A stretch of 63,302 nt of DNA, counting the filler, from Olpidium bornovanus S191 (Eukaryota; Fungi; Olpidiomycota): NCBI GenBank assembly GCA_017911155.1. It is 34 parts of 34 records of this genome, joined end to end, with 100 filler letters (N's around TTAATTAATTAA, not from the genome) between each part and the next. Parts side by side here need not be neighbours in the genome. Positions count along the whole stretch, not along the records: positions 37,500 to 38,985 come from JAEFCI010004795.1; positions 39,086 to 41,014 come from JAEFCI010005611.1; positions 41,115 to 42,670 come from JAEFCI010006734.1; positions 42,771 to 45,043 come from JAEFCI010000487.1; positions 45,144 to 46,443 come from JAEFCI010009041.1; positions 46,544 to 47,678 come from JAEFCI010012808.1; positions 47,779 to 50,385 come from JAEFCI010012769.1; 27 more parts are not named here. The stretch is one strand, 5' to 3'. Below are positions 37,500-49,071 of the stretch, piece by piece (within the stretch, counting starts at the first letter, position 1; each line of letters starts with the position of its first letter). The notes beneath the pieces were generated by a model that was given only the letters and a program-made list of their open reading frames with translations, was not told where the DNA came from and ran no database searches. A program made the translations under genes and the position numbers.

Positions 37500-38690
37500 C
37501 AGTTTCATTTCGCACCTAAAAATTGCTTGTGCTGCGTATTCAGCATTTAAGTCCACGAACTGCTTGTGCGGTTTCACCACATTCTGCTTCAGAACCTTCG
37601 AAGCACGATGGCCACCACTCCGATCATTTAGACGCAGTCGCGCAAAGTCCGCCAAACCCTGCGGGAATGCAGACTCGCGCGTACCCCTAGCCGTTTGGTT
37701 AACGGCCTCTGCGTGTAGTTTTCGCCTTGGAACGAAAGTAGGTCGAAAGCCAGGTACCTCGTGACTACCTGGGTCCGCAGGGATGACCGGTTATTTTTTT
37801 TTTTTGGCCGCTCAAGTCAAGAACGAGGTTTTCATCTGGCCGATGAGAACGCCAAAAAGGAAAGTAGCAAGATCCTACGCTACCTTGCCGTCCTCTTCCA
37901 CGTCGCAAACAAATTCTCCGTCCACAACCGTTCCATGGTGGAATTGCTTAGGTTGCTGGGGTTGCCCACTCGGCAACGGCAGAGCTATCTCCGATACCCA
38001 TCTGTATTCGTTCTTCCTGTTGATCTGCCGAAGCGTAAATCGAGGAAGACGCGGCTGGTTGGCGGTCCGCGCTTCATCTCAAGCCGGCTTTCACCGACGG
38101 CACACGTGCAGGACACACCAGAATGGTCCGCGGCACGCCCACTTCCACGGTGGAAAGCAACAAACACCGGATGCCGTCCGATTTTTCGGCAACGAAGAAG
38201 CTGAAAAGCGAAGCGCAGAAAGTCGCGCGCGTCAGCCGGCGCGTATTGGCCGTGGGGCGCCAAGAGTCGACGTGTTCCTGCGCCAGCGGGAGAGACGGAA
38301 CGGGCGTACTCTTTCTTTTTCAAGATCTCAACGTGCGGCCGTACAAAGCTGACGGGCTGCGCCCCAGGAAATCTATACAGGCGCGAGAGATGCGGCCATA
38401 GGGGAAGGCGGCGCCCGTCAGTTTTTGTTTGAGAAAACGTGTTGGCTTCCGGTAGTCGTTTGGGGCGCCGCGTTTTCCACCGGGTGGGGTCAACAGGGCC
38501 AGCGGCATGGGCAACACAGACCGAAATTCCCTCGGCCCCGCAACAGGACGCAAACCTGCCTCGAAACGGCGCAGTTGAGCAAGGTGCTGATACGGCCCTT
38601 CAGGTCCTTCTCGAGTTGCGGGTGAAGTAGCTGTCCCGGCATTGTCGGCAGACGGAACTGGGGTTTCTTCCGATCGGGCGCGGTCTCCAT
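37500..38690 (-). CDS. CEG1: mRNA capping enzyme (guanylyltransferase), multi-exon N-terminal fragment; invisible in ORF track
   Basis: Manual splice gives FPGAQPVSF, KDFFVAEKSDGIRCLL (motif I KxDG), INRKNEY, HGTVVDGEFV (motif III), RYLAFDLL (motif IIIa) and KRLG / VLKQNVVKP. All joins are GT-AG. Confidence 0.92.
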
Positions 38691-38900
38691 GTTCCCGCCG
38701 CCGCCGTCGTCGTCGTCCAGTTGCGGTTCGGCAGTTCCTTCTGCGCGCCGGGAAGCGGAGAGAGGCGGGGCCAGGAGACAGCTCTTCGCCGCGCCGCCCT
38801 GAGCGTGCTCTCCGCCCGACCGCGTTGCTGCTGCTGCGCTGGTGTCAAGCGCTTCGACAGCCTCTCCTGCCTGGTCTGGTTTCCGCCGAATTTTCCGGTG

Positions 38901-38923
38901 GCGGGGGGGGGGGGGGGGGGGGT

Positions 38924-38965
<42 letters not shown>

Positions 38966-38985
38966 GGAGGGGGGGAGGGGGGGCG
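38901..38985. repeat. Poly-G tract at contig end, 5' of CEG1
   Basis: Seen directly in the sequence. Confidence 0.9.
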
Positions 38986-39085
38986 NNNNNNNNNNNNNNN
39001 NNNNNNNNNNNNNNNNNNNNNNNNNNNNNTTAATTAATTAANNNNNNNNNNNNNNNNNNNNNNNNNNNNNNNNNNNNNNNNNNNN

Positions 39086-39235
39086 CTGCCGCACCGCAAC
39101 CTCAAACTTCCGTAAATACTCTGTCACGTTTTCTTCCTGAAACAAGCCATTCTCCTTGGTGTACTGGACCACTGCCGTGCGAACTTCTGACGACCGCATC
39201 TGGGTCACCAATGCCTGCACGTCCAACGCGGCCAT
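39086..39235 (-). mobile_element. Ty3/gypsy Gag N-terminus (element A)
   Basis: MAALDVQALVTQMRSSEVRTAVVQYTKENGLFQEENVTEYLRKFEVAVRQ follows the PBS and is clearly homologous to the Gag at 49072. Confidence 0.75.
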
Positions 39236-39288
39236 CGTCGGCTGTGCGCCCAACAGCTCCTCGTCACTTCCCTTCCCGACCCTCAAGT

Positions 39289-39306
39289 TCCTGCCCAGGA
39301 GTGCCA
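39289..39306 (-). promoter_or_regulatory. PBS TGGCACTCCTGGGCAGGA of element A
   Basis: Starts 3 nt after the LTR end CCCGACA and begins with TGG, the complement of the tRNA CCA end. It is 16/18 identical to the PBS at 49012. Confidence 0.8.
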
Positions 39307-39309
39307 ATT

Positions 39310-39685
39310 TGTCGGGTAATAACTCGACCCGACGTGAGTTTGCAGGTTGCTGTTGAGGATAGCCCGAGGCTCTATCGCTGCCGGGCGGCAAGGGACTTCT
39401 CCGCTGTCGGGCATGCGTGCCCTCCGCAGGCCTTTGAAGGAGCCTTCGATCGTACGGGCGCCCAGCCGAGGTTCTCGAACCCGAGGAGCGCGCCAACCCT
39501 CCACCGTCATGGTCGCACGGCGTCCGGACCAAACGTTTGCTACCCGCTCGAAGAGTCCTTTGTTTTGCTTATTATTTGGTGTGGGTGTCCGATGGGTCCA
39601 GGGTTCTACAACGAGGGGGGGGGAAAACAAAAGCTCCGTTCGGGCCCCCAGCCGCCCGGGCAAGAAATTGCCCGACAGCACGACA
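39310..39685 (-). mobile_element. 5' LTR of Ty3/gypsy element A
   Basis: Bounded by TGTCG...CGACA (outer end 39677 or 39685). It shares blocks with 62870-63143, e.g. CCCGAGGAGCGCGCCAACCCTCCACCGT, GGTCGCACGGCGTCC and GGGCAAGAAATTGCCCGACA. Confidence 0.8.
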
Positions 39686-41014
39686 CCGGGTCTCCCTGTC
39701 CGGGCCAAAGATTCGTGACGTCTCCCGACCTTGCGGGACGTATTATTAGCAACGGGAAACTGATCATGGGTCGGGACCGGATGCAGGTCATCAAAGACCT
39801 GCCCCGGCCGACAAACGCGAAGGGGATGAGAGGGTTCCTCGGCTTCGCACAGTTCTTCGCCAATTGTATACCTCGGTATTCCGAACACGCCGGACCATTG
39901 TCTACCCTCACGGCCGACAGGTTCCGCACGGAGAAGAGCTTCGAGCGCGAGTGGCAATCTGACCCGGCGTACGGGCTAGCGCTGGAAGCACTCCGTGCGG
40001 CATTCATCCACGCGTTGGCCATATACGTCCCGCTGGCGGATCGCACTTGGGTGTTAAAAAGCGACGTCAGTGCCGTACAGATAGGCGGCTTCGCTGGCCA
40101 GTGTGAAGTTGCGGAACCGGAGGCAAACACCCCAATATACCCGGTCGGGCTCGTTTCACGGAAGCTGTCGCCAGAGGAGAGCCGATATTCCTCCACGCAG
40201 CGTGAACTGCTAGCCGCGGCTTACGTCGTTATCAAGTTTAGGCCATATACACTTGGATGCCCGATCTACCTGTTCGTCGATTCGAAAACACTTCTCGGCG
40301 CCATGAACCGGCATGATCCCGATGAGAGGACGCTACGGTTCCTGTCGCGGATAGCCCTAGACGCAATTATCGTTAAGTGGACTCCAGGAAGCGGGCACGA
40401 GGCCGCGGATTATATTAGCCGCGCAAACCTTTCGGACCCACAGTATCCGCAACCCGTCCTCGATGAGCTGCGAATGGCGCGTGTCTGGGGTATGAAGTCT
40501 CGACCTTCGCGACAACACTCGACGACCCGATCGCGACCAGGTTCGAGCTCCTGCGTCAGTTTCTCCAAGGACGTGAGCTCCCGTGCGCCGAGGACGCGGA
40601 CCGGAAATGGATATCGCGGCGGATGAAGGAATTCTTCGTCACCCCTGCGGGACGACTGGTGAAGAGAGGTCGCACTGGAATTGACCGCGTTTACCTCGAT
40701 CGGCCCGGCGAGCTTCGCGAGGTGATCGCCGAGGTCCACCACCTTGGACATTTTGGTCAAGACGGCACCTATCGCCTCGTCGCTGCCCGATTTTTCTGGC
40801 CTGGCCTAAAAAAGGACGTGATCAAATTCGTGCGGATCTGTACCGAATGCCAGTGGTATGTGCCGCGGCCGACAAGGTACCGAGCCCACAGTATCCCCCA
40901 ATTGACCATATTCGTACACCTCGCCGGGGACTTCATCGGGCCGCTTCCCAGCTCGAACGGCAAGTTCTACATCCAGAATCTAGTGGACCTGGCCAGTCGC
41001 TGGTTTGCGAGCAA
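39686..41014 (+). mobile_element. Ty3/gypsy pol fragment (RT end, RNase H, integrase), frameshifted
   Basis: RVSLSGPK / GRIISNG, PRPTNAKGMRGFLGFAQFF, LKSDVS, SRKLSPEESRYSSTQRELLA, ADYISR, then the integrase H-H-C-C region (HHLGHFG...FFWPGLKKDV..FVRICTECQ) and DFIGPLP...VDLASRW. Confidence 0.95.
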
Positions 41015-41139
41015 NNNNNNNNNNNNNNNNNNNNNNNNNNNNNNNNNNNNNNNNNNNNTTAATTAATTAANNNNNNNNNNNNNNNNNNNNNNNNNNNNNN
41101 NNNNNNNNNNNNNNCCTGCCACTGTGCCTGCGCCCGTTC

Positions 41140-41570
41140 TTTGCCTCTGTCGCCTGCTTCTGCCATTTGCCTCTGCCATCTGCCTTTGCCGTCTGCCTTT
41201 GCCATCTGTTTCTGCAATTTGCCTCGCGCCGGTTGTGGTCGATGTTGTGGCCACGTCCCGAAACGCGGGGCGTGACTTCTGCTGTTTGAGCGCCCGTCGC
41301 TCGGCGGCCAGCTGCTCGCTTTGCCTCCGTTGGGAGGCGGCGGCTGGATTGAGAAGGGTGGGAGACTTCATCAATGATGTCCGTTGTAGCCGCGGCCCCG
41401 AAACGCGGCGGGACAAGGGAGGGAGAGAGCGCTTTTGGTTCCAGGCTCTCGCGCTGTTTCTGCTGTTTGAGCGCCCGTCGTTCGGTGGCCGGCTGCTCGT
41501 TTCGCCGCCATTGGGATGCGGCGGGTGGATTGGGAAGGAAGGGAGGAACATATTTTGCAATGTTGTGGCC
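41140..41570. repeat. About 15-bp repeats plus a diverged direct duplication with about 180-bp period
   Basis: TGCC(T/G)CTGCC(A/T)T-type units at 41140-41220. GCTGTTTGAGCGCCCGTCG...GGATTG recurs at about 41281 and 41462. Confidence 0.8.
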
Positions 41571-42943
41571 GTAATGAAGTAGTCGTGGAATGCGGCGGGC
41601 TTTTGTGCCGTCGTTCGAGTCGGCGAATCTGAAGTTCAGAACACAAACTCCCAACACCCCCGCGCTGCCGGCCTGCACCAAACTGATGGCATCCGTTGCT
41701 CTCGCGAGAGCTCCACAACGGGTCCCCCTACCCTCCCCTCCCACCACCGTCCATCGATGCGGGCATTGCGTGGGGTGAAGAGTGCTCGTGCGCAGTGTCG
41801 TTTAAAAGAGAGAGCGCACACTCGCTTGGCCAACCAAAAAAGGACCACCTTGTGCGCGCCAGCGAGAACCAAGGAAACCAAAACAAAGTCAAAAACAAGA
41901 CGGGTTGTTTGGGTTGATTTTGGCGTAACATGTCCCCGATGCGTTTGCTGACGATACTGGAATCACAGGACGTGGGATGCGCCCGGTGGAAAACGTGTGC
42001 GTGTGTGCGTCTGATCTGAACACGAGAGAAGGGGTGAAATGCGGGTGGAGGGGGTGCGTAATCCTCGCAGGTCGGCGAGCAGAAGCTTAAGAACGTGGCC
42101 CCAATAATTCTAGTACGGGGAAGGCCCCAAATCGTTCAGCATTTTTTTACAAAAATTTGGAACGGGAAAAGGAGACTTACGCAATAAACAGGTATCAGAA
42201 CACACAGGAGGGAGGTGGGGGGGGCATAATTGTTTGGACATTGGACACACCCATGGTCTTCAGCGTATCAATGTGGTCTCTGAGTAATTCGACGGTCAGC
42301 TTGAGCAGCAGAAGGCGGTCGCGGTGGGCGACTCGGTCGCCACGGAGTTGCGGCGAAAAGAAGGGAACGCGTCAACGCGTTGATGTAGGGCACTCCTCCT
42401 CCTCGTGCTGCGCCCGCCGCCTCTCCAGCCGCGCCTCCGCCTGGCTGCGCTTCTCCTGCGCTCGCGACAAGTGCCGCTCCAAAGGTAATTACTAATTAAT
42501 TATTATAATTATAAACTAACCACTAATTATAAATCACTATAGGTGTCCGCATGCTCCGTCTTCCTGGCAAGCTGAGACCCCAGCCGCAGGCGCCGGTCGA
42601 CGGCCGTGTCATCGGCCTCCTTGCGTTTCGATGAAACGACTAAATGTTCACGGTCTCGCCCGCGGTTACGNNNNNNNNNNNNNNNNNNNNNNNNNNNNNN
42701 NNNNNNNNNNNNNNTTAATTAATTAANNNNNNNNNNNNNNNNNNNNNNNNNNNNNNNNNNNNNNNNNNNNCATGGTTCTCTCTAGCCCTCCTTTGGAATT
42801 TGGCGGGCGTCAGCGCCGTTTGCGCACGCGTTGTTGGGTTGCGTCGGGCCGGGTGCCACCTTGGGGCTCCTCCCGCAGGCAAAAAAAAAAAAAAAAAAAA
42901 AAGCAAGAAAAACTAAGAAAAAAAAAGAGAAGAGATAAAAAGA

Positions 42944-44381
42944 ATGCCAACGGCGGCCGAAACGTCGTGCTTCTCGGTGACGGTCACCGGGCAGATCGAG
43001 TCGGCATACGTGAGGGAGCGAGAAAAAGGAAGAGGTGGCGGAGGGCAGGGAAGGAAGGGAAGGAGAACGTGCGAAGCTCGAAGCGGTAACAGCGGCGCTC
43101 GCCGTCCTCGCTGGTCGGTCCGCAAAACGCGCCAAACCCTTCTTCCTCCCTCCCCGTGCCCATCCCCGGCGCTCGCAGTTTCCGGACTTCGACAACATCT
43201 ACTGCAAGTACTCCTTCGCGCACGGCCCGGACTGGATCGTCACCTCTGTTGAGTCCTTCCCTTGCCTTCCGGGCTCTCCCGCCGTCGGGGGCCAAACCGG
43301 GCCGCGGGCGGGGGCGCGCGCTGTGCAGCAGGTTAGTGGGAAAGGGGGTGGACGCGACAAAAACTCACAACACTCCGCTCTTCTGCTCGCCACGCCCTCT
43401 CCCCCCCCCTCCCCTGCCCCCACGAACAGGGCCTCGAGGAGGGGATCACCCAGATCACCCGGGCGCCCGGGGCCAGGGAGGCGCCCGCCGCGGGGGAAGA
43501 GGCGGCGGTGCCGGCTTCTGTCTGGAACTTCCCGCTGGAAATATCCTTCCGGTCGACGAACGCGTTCGGCTGGCCGCAGATCGTTCTGGCCGTGTACGGC
43601 ATGGACGCGCTCGGCCGCGACGTGGTCAGGGGGTACGGGGCGGCGAGGCTGCCGATCGAGGCCGGCAGGTGAGCGAGAGAGAGAGATGGAGGGAGGTGGG
43701 TCGGGCGTACGGGCCCCCGCTCCGCATTTTTTGTTTCTTTCCTTTTTCTTTTTGCACCAACGGGCGGTTTTCGTCCGGACGCGTAACCGGCGGGCGGGCG
43801 GGCGGGAGGGCCCCGCGCACGGCAACCCGCCTCGCGTCTCTGACGCCGGATTTCTCGTACGCCCTCTTTTTCTCTCTTTCTCTCATTAAATTTTTTTCCT
43901 TCTTTTTGCGCGACGAAACTCTTGCTTAAAAAAACTTCCCCTATGCCAGAGAAACGCTGTACGTCCCCATGTTCGTGCCCCTGGCCACTTCCCCCGTGAA
44001 CGGCTTTCTCTCCTGGCTGGCCGGCCGGCTGCCCGAGTTCCTGGACGCCAAGTTCGTGAGCAGGAGCGAAGGACGCGAAGGTACCTTCGTTCCCCCAAGA
44101 CGGGGGCGGTCGTCGCGACGGCTGCAGAGTCCCCGTCGGGATACCCGGATTCCCCCCCCCCCATCCCCCCCCCTTTTCAAACGTCTGCTGACACCGGCTG
44201 CGAAAAAAAAACAATGGGGTCGGCGGTGGGACGGGAAATCTCAGTGACTCGAGTCAGGAGCCAAGGAACCGTCAAGGTGGTCGTCGACGCCACGCTCGAG
44301 GACATGGAGAAGTTTGGCTACTCGGTCGGGCGGCGTCCGGCGTCGTCGCCGCTGTACGAGTCGCAGGCCCCGGGGGCGTGA
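42944..44381 (+). CDS. B9D1: B9 domain-containing protein 1 (ciliary transition zone, MKS module), apparently complete
   Basis: [13 protein letters not shown] / [19 protein letters not shown] / GLEEGITQI...[37 protein letters not shown] / PMFVP...[16 protein letters not shown] / [12 protein letters not shown]...MEKFGY. Confidence 0.95.
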
Positions 44382-44975
44382 GCGTCGCAAAACTTAACGA
44401 GCTGGTCCGGCGAAAAAAAAAATAAAAAAATAAAAAAATAAAAAAACAAACAACTCGGCGCTACTGGCGACCCTCCGGCGGGGGAAAGCGCGGCGTCAGG
44501 CACACGTCGGGGCGGGCTCTGTGTGCCGTACCGCCCGCGGAGACGCGTCCCCGCGGGAGGGAGGGGGTAGAAAGGGGGCCGAAGCGCAACCTCTGGATAT
44601 GCCGACCGAATTTTTTTGCCCGAAACCCCGGCATTCGGCGTGGACCAACGCCGGGTTGCCGTCGGGTAGGGGGAGGGGAGGGGAGTGGGGCGGCGGCCTG
44701 GCCTTCTTCTAAGGGGGAAGGGAAAGAGCAGGAGACGCCGGGTCGGTCGCGGGCCGGACGGTCTTCGATCTCCGGGAATTGCTTCCTCGTAAGCAGTTTT
44801 GCGACGGCGGCGCTGGCAGGAAGCCACCATCTTCTCCTCACTTGCTACGTAGAATCGAGATCGAACGGAAAACCGGCAAAACGCAGGGGCGAAAGGCCAG
44901 GGAAAAGGGACGGCGAAAGCAGGCCAGCAGCCCGCGCAAGCTGCACGCTTTTGAACGTTAGAAAGGAAGTGGTTG

Positions 44976-45030
<55 letters not shown>

Positions 45031-45143
45031 GGGGGGGAGGAAANNNNNNNNNNNNNNNNNNNNNNNNNNNNNNNNNNNNNNNNNNNNTTAATTAATTAAN
45101 NNNNNNNNNNNNNNNNNNNNNNNNNNNNNNNNNNNNNNNNNNN

Positions 45144-45180
<37 letters not shown>

Positions 45181-45189
45181 TTTTTTTCC

Positions 45190-45245
<56 letters not shown>

Positions 45246-45616
45246 AACGAAAGTCGGGACGAATCTCGCAAATAAATACGGAAGAGGGGAGGGTGGATAG
45301 CTGTGCGGGGGCCCCGGTTTCGTCACCCGCGGCCGGCGCAAGAGAGGCGGAGCGACATACAAACGCTTTCCTTGCCTTTTCCTAGCTGAACGAGGGTGGG
45401 GGGGAGCGCCTCGGGGTACTCGGAGTTCGGAAGCGCGGAGCGGGACCGGCGGGGGGGGCCAGAACCCACTGCGAAGCGAGACAACAGGATCTGCGGATCC
45501 CCGTCACGCCCCGCCGTTCTTCTCCCCCTCTTTCCCAATTCCACCCCTCCTCCCCCCCTGCACCACCTCCTCCTTCTCCCCCCCCCCCCCCCCCCTTCCT
45601 TCTTTCCTTTCCTTCC

Positions 45617-46306
45617 TCAGCGCAAAACGCGGCGGACCCTCCTGATCCCCGGGACGATGGAGGCGAGGAAGGTGACGAGGGCGACGTAGCCGAAGACGAC
45701 GCCGCACCAGAGCTTGCGGCATATGGCGGGGTAGTCGACGAAGGTGCCGGGGGCCAGGGTGGAGTAGTCCGCGGCGGCGGCGGCGGACAGGACGCAGGCG
45801 ACGTTCCTCAGGTCCGGGTTCGCGACGAGGTCGGCCGGGTCGGCGACGGCGGCGGGGGTGAGCAGCAGGGTGGCGCCGAGGCCCAGGAAGAGGACGGCGG
45901 CGGCGTCGGAGGCCAGCTCGGCGAGCGCGCGGTGCTTCGGGGCCTTTGTCGGGTGGGAGTAGCGGACGGCCAGGATCGCGCAGGCGTTGAACAGGGAGGC
46001 GGCCAGGGCGACGGCGGCGGCGAAGGCGAAGAACGTCGCGCGGCCGGCGGAGACGTCGACGCCGCGCCGGGCGGCGGCGTCCGACACCCCCGGGTCGTGC
46101 CTGCGCGAGTAGTCCGAGAACGCGGAGTAGGTCACCCCGCAGAGGACCGGGACGGCGACCAGCTGCGCGAGCCGCGCGCGGAAGCGCGGGAGGGCCAGCA
46201 GCGGCACGGAACGGTCTTCGCCGTCGTCGACGTCGACGGCATCGCCGCCGTGGTCCGGGGAAGGCCGCGCGGGCCCGGCCGAACCGTACGGCGAATGGGC
46301 CGCCAT
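45617..46306 (-). CDS. Four-TM membrane protein, MARVEL-like
   Basis: 229-aa ORF with four hydrophobic segments, an RLAQLV start to TM1, E..D..A.LF in TM3, and C..L.CGVVFGY before TM4. Confidence 0.5.
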   Translation of the reverse strand: MAAHSPYGSAGPARPSPDHGGDAVDVDDGEDRSVPLLALPRFRARLAQLVAVPVLCGVTYSAFSDYSRRHDPGVSDAAARRGVDVSAGRATFFAFAAAVALAASLFNACAILAVRYSHPTKAPKHRALAELASDAAAVLFLGLGATLLLTPAAVADPADLVANPDLRNVACVLSAAAAADYSTLAPGTFVDYPAICRKLWCGVVFGYVALVTFLASIVPGIRRVRRVLR

Positions 46307-46347
46307 GTATTATCTCTCTCCTTTTTCCTTTTCTCCTCTCCCCCCTC

Positions 46348-46348
<1 letters not shown>

Positions 46349-46440
<92 letters not shown>

Positions 46441-46443
46441 CCC
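46349..46443. repeat. Poly-C tract about 40 bp 5' of the ATG at 46306 (minus-strand gene)
   Basis: Seen directly in the sequence; it runs to the contig end. Confidence 0.9.
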
Positions 46444-46543
46444 NNNNNNNNNNNNNNNNNNNNNNNNNNNNNNNNNNNNNNNNNNNNTTAATTAATTAAN
46501 NNNNNNNNNNNNNNNNNNNNNNNNNNNNNNNNNNNNNNNNNNN

Positions 46544-47387
46544 CATGCAACCTTTCTCAGGATGGCGGCCGGATATGACTGCCGACGTGCTGTCCGTGCC
46601 GGTGCTTCCCCACGTCACGTTGTATAGGCGACCGGGCGACTCTGGAAAACGCAGTATCGGGCCGCGTGAGGGGGCCTCCGGGCGGCGGCCTGCCGCGGAG
46701 ACACGGGGACGCGGGCGCTCGTATTGCGGGGTGAGGGACGAACGCACCGTCCAGCGGCATTTTCCGCTCGGCCCTGATGCCAAAACTCCACCCGGCGGCG
46801 TAGTTCTTGGGAAGGTTCGCATCGTAGGCCGCGGGCCCGGGCCCGATGTGGAGGCCGCCCTTCGGGTCTTGGCCGCGGCCGAGGATCGAGTTCTCGACGC
46901 CGGACGCCGGCAGCTTCGGGGCGTAGTCGAGCGGGCCGGAGGTTGGCAGGGCCAGGCTGGACAGCGGCGGCTGCCCCTTGGGCGGGACGTACTCGCCCAT
47001 GGCGTTGCGGCGGCCCCCCCCGACGAGCGGTAGCTTCAGGGCGGCGCGCGCCGCCGCCGCCAGCGCGGCCGGCCCCGTTGCGCCGTCGGCGGCTTCCCCG
47101 TGCGGCCGGTGCCGCAGCCGGGGCTGCTGTTTCTGCGGCCGCTGCTGCGTCGTCGGTGCCTCGGCCCGCGGGTTCGCTGCCGACGACGACGACGACGCCG
47201 CCGCCCCGCCTCCGGCGGCGGCGCCCGGGGACGGCTCCTCGTCGGCGGGCAGCCCGGCGGAAGCCCCGCTGTCGCACCCTCGGCGGACGGGCGAGGCGTC
47301 GCTCAGGAGCGGGAGCTGCTGCTGCTGCTGCGGCTCTCCGGGAACGCCGCCGGCAGGGCGAGGCTCGGACGCCACGGGGTCGGGCAT
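46544..47387 (-). CDS. SHIPPO / sperm-tail PG-rich repeat (ODF3/STPG-like) protein, N-terminal fragment
   Basis: TSGPLDYAP, IGPGPAAYD...AAGWSFGIR and a next exon ESPGRLYNV...AVISGR resemble PGP.xY SHIPPO repeats followed by an F/W-S-F/I-G/S-R motif. Confidence 0.55.
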
Positions 47388-47433
47388 GCTTGGGAGCCGA
47401 GGTGTGGTCGGCGGCGGGAGCGCGCGCAGCTGA

Positions 47434-47465
47434 GGGGGGGGGGGGGGGGGGGGGGCGGGGGGGGG

Positions 47466-47526
<61 letters not shown>

Positions 47527-47539
47527 GGGGGGGGGGGGT

Positions 47540-47593
<54 letters not shown>
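47434..47593. repeat. About 160-bp interrupted poly-G tract
   Basis: Seen directly, about 45 bp 5' of the ATG at 47387. Confidence 0.9.
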
Positions 47594-47594
<1 letters not shown>

Positions 47595-48574
47595 AGCCGG
47601 AGAATTCTCATTATTTTTCCGTCCGAGCCGGAGAAGAACTCCCCCACTCGCCCGCCTCTTTCCGCCCGCCCTGGGCGCNNNNNNNNNNNNNNNNNNNNNN
47701 NNNNNNNNNNNNNNNNNNNNNNTTAATTAATTAANNNNNNNNNNNNNNNNNNNNNNNNNNNNNNNNNNNNNNNNNNNNCATGAACTCTGACCACCCCGGT
47801 GGCGGGTCTAATGAGTCGTGGTTTGGTTCTGAGCTTTTGAGACCCTGCGAAGCTTCCTGCGGGTTCTGCCTTCGGACGTCGGCGGAGCTTCCCACGTCAC
47901 TGGAGACAAGTCAATATTGTGGCGCACTCCGACCAGTGGCAGGTTGTGACGATACCAAAAAATTGCTGCGGAGTTGGAAAGGGGAAGTGGCGCTTTAAAG
48001 TACAAAAGGGAAGGAGCCATGGGGCGCCACCGCAGGAACCAGGCGGGCAACGAAGGAGCCCCGGAACCCGGGCGGAACGCGCGGCAGAGGGCTGCACCGG
48101 AGCAGCCGTCGGCCGTCAAGGGAGTCGCCCTCAGTAGGGAAGACTCTTGGACGCCGCTCGTCTTGGATGTCGACACGGATGGAGAGCTTTTCTGGAGCCC
48201 TCCCATGGAGCTCCAACAAGAGGTCTTTGTGGAGCAAGCGCAGGGGGCGCAAGTCCTCACCGTGGAGGCTGACGGCAACTTCCTCGCCGCTCTGCCGCCG
48301 GAAATATGCGAAGGGGTTTTGGCAGGGCATCGGGAGGAACGGCAACCCGCGAGACCAGACCCTGAAGAAAGGGCAGGTGTTGGTCGAGTTTCGAAGAACT
48401 TGCCAGGGGGCGAGGACGCTTCGGGCCAGGCCGAGCCTACCACACTGTTGACGGCTGTCGGTGTCGCTGATGGGCCTTCTGGTGAGGGGGAACTGTCGTC
48501 AGAACTGCAACACCTGCTGAACGAACACGTGGTGGCCGCCGACGAGGAACCGCTGCCCAATGTGGTTTACGCGG

Positions 48575-49029
48575 TGTCGGAGGGCAATGTGCCCTCCCTT
48601 AGTTGCCCCCCCCGTTTTGCATCCCCCCCCATAAGATAGCCCGACTTGTGCATAATCCGCCCCCCCCTAGGGCCTTACAACCACCAAACCTCCGAATAGC
48701 AAAAATGAACAAACGTACCGCTTGTGCGCATTTTTCCCGGAGAACAGCTCACAACTGCAACTCCCACGGCGGAGGGCGGCAGCTCCTTGGGCCCGGTAAG
48801 GGTAAAATCGCGAGAGGCGGCGCGCGCGGATTTCCCTTTGGAGGTTCCTTCAAACACCCCTCCCAAGGTCTGTCCAAAAACTCCTCGGCGCGGACGTAGA
48901 CGGCGACAGGAGAGGCCAGCTGACACTGCCGGGCACCTTGCAGCAAGAGCCCCCGCTGTCCCTGTTTTCTCCCTCTTTTTTCTCGAGGTCGGGCCGTTTT
49001 AGGCTGACAACTGGCGCTCCCGGGCAGGA
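48575..49029 (+). mobile_element. 5' LTR (48575-49009) plus PBS (49012-49029) of Ty3/gypsy element B
   Basis: TGTCGG...CTGACA, then AC, then TGGCGCTCCCGGGCAGGA. The homologous Gag starts at 49072. Confidence 0.78.
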
Positions 49030-49071
49030 TCACAGGGGCAAGGTAAAGTCCAGCACCGTCCACAACTGGTC

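Noticed and set aside
39211-40626. 471-aa ORF as a single gag-pol protein
   Set aside because: Its first 170 or so codons are the antisense LTR/PBS of element A read through by chance. Only the part after about 39725 is pol.
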